The position numbers were made by a program, and so were the translations under genes. Below the pieces are notes generated by a model. It had not been told where the DNA came from. It was given only the letters and a program-made list of their open reading frames with translations, and made no database searches. A stretch of DNA of 24,000 bases from Acidothermaceae bacterium (lineage in GTDB: Bacteria > Actinomycetota > Actinomycetes > Acidothermales > Acidothermaceae): assembly GCA_050743645.1 (NCBI GenBank), contig JBOGEK010000082.1, positions 1-24,000 of the forward strand, written 5' to 3'. Position 1 is the stretch's first letter. Each line of letters opens with the position of its first letter. This document shows, piece after piece, positions 23,676-24,000 of this stretch.

Positions 23676-24000
23676 ATGGGAAAGCTCGTAGTAACAGAGT
23701 TCGTGAGCCTCGACGGTGTGATGGAAGACCCGGGCGGATCGGAAGGCACCAAACACGGTGGCTGGACGTTCAGGTTCGACCGTGGAGATTCGGGTGACAA
23801 GTTCAAGCTCGACGAACTGATGGCCGCCGACGCGCAACTGCTCGGTCGCGTGACGTACGACGGATTCGCCGCGGCGTGGCCGACCATCGAGGCCGGCGAG
23901 TTCAGCGTGAAGATGAATGCGATGCCGAAGTTCGTGGTCTCGACGACACTGATGCACCCGACCTGGAACAACACGACGATGCTGCGTGGTGACGTGCGCG
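23676..24000 (+). CDS. dihydrofolate-reductase-like (RibD C-terminal domain) family protein, 3' end outside window
   Basis: Not in the ORF track because no stop is reached. ATG 23676 with SD AGGAGA 6 nt upstream. Translation MGKLVVTEFVSLDGVMEDPGG...LLGRVTYDGFAAAWP...MPKFVVSTTL is typical of the YyaP/RibD_C family. The listed - strand ORFs 23639..23974 and 23643..23957 are its shadows. Confidence 0.85.
   Translation, partial: MGKLVVTEFVSLDGVMEDPGGSEGTKHGGWTFRFDRGDSGDKFKLDELMAADAQLLGRVTYDGFAAAWPTIEAGEFSVKMNAMPKFVVSTTLMHPTWNNTTMLRGDVR

Noticed and set aside
1-24000. Search by eye for CRISPR repeats, IS elements with terminal inverted repeats, integrases, phage genes, toxin-antitoxin pairs or known defence genes
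   Set aside because: No spaced direct repeats, no transposase/integrase/recombinase-like ORFs, and no compositional island were detected. GC content and codon bias look uniform apart from short promoter regions. The window looks like core or shell chromosome rather than a mobile or defence island.

Overview
High-GC, Actinomycetota-like chromosomal segment (roughly two-thirds G+C by eye). It is densely coding, with about 25 protein genes. I found no rRNA, tRNA, CRISPR array, transposase or integrase. Layout: (1) nt 1-5958, + strand: distal part of a [NiFe]-hydrogenase maturation operon, hypF - SIS/HypC-like fusion - SIS protein - hypE - hypC - hypD - unknown 259-aa protein. Most junctions are 4-nt start/stop overlaps. 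(2) nt 5955-11341, - strand: a signalling and cell-wall block. It holds a 10-TM GGDEF-EAL protein, then a clear c-di-AMP (ydaO/yuaA-class) riboswitch in front of a secreted NlpC/P60 hydrolase, then a PAS-GAF-PP2C-HATPase protein. (3) nt 11515-16806: a three-gene ABC-2 exporter-like operon (ATPase plus two paralogous permeases). One permease carries a ~260-aa extracytoplasmic jelly-roll-like insert. The operon is divergent from an intramembrane-type HisKA_3 kinase / NarL-type regulator pair. (4) nt 16811-18454: a TetR regulator divergent from a DinB/mycothiol-type (TIGR03086-like) protein and a RidA-family protein, with a palindromic operator between them. (5) nt 18481-24000: a small membrane protein, a DUF1360-like protein, a cysteine-free HesB/IscA-like protein, a beta-hydroxyacid-dehydrogenase + GPR1/FUN34/YaaH (SatP-like) channel pair, a secreted Kelch-like-repeat protein with three CWB2 cell-wall-binding repeats, and the 5' part of a RibD_C/DHFR-like gene that runs off the window. 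The most noteworthy items are the uncharacterised accessory genes inside the hyp operon (a SIS paralogue pair, and three HypC-like modules in total), the riboswitch that the ORF track cannot show, and the ABC permease with an inserted lectin-like ectodomain coupled to a sensor-less kinase. All family assignments are made by eye from motifs. No searches were run.
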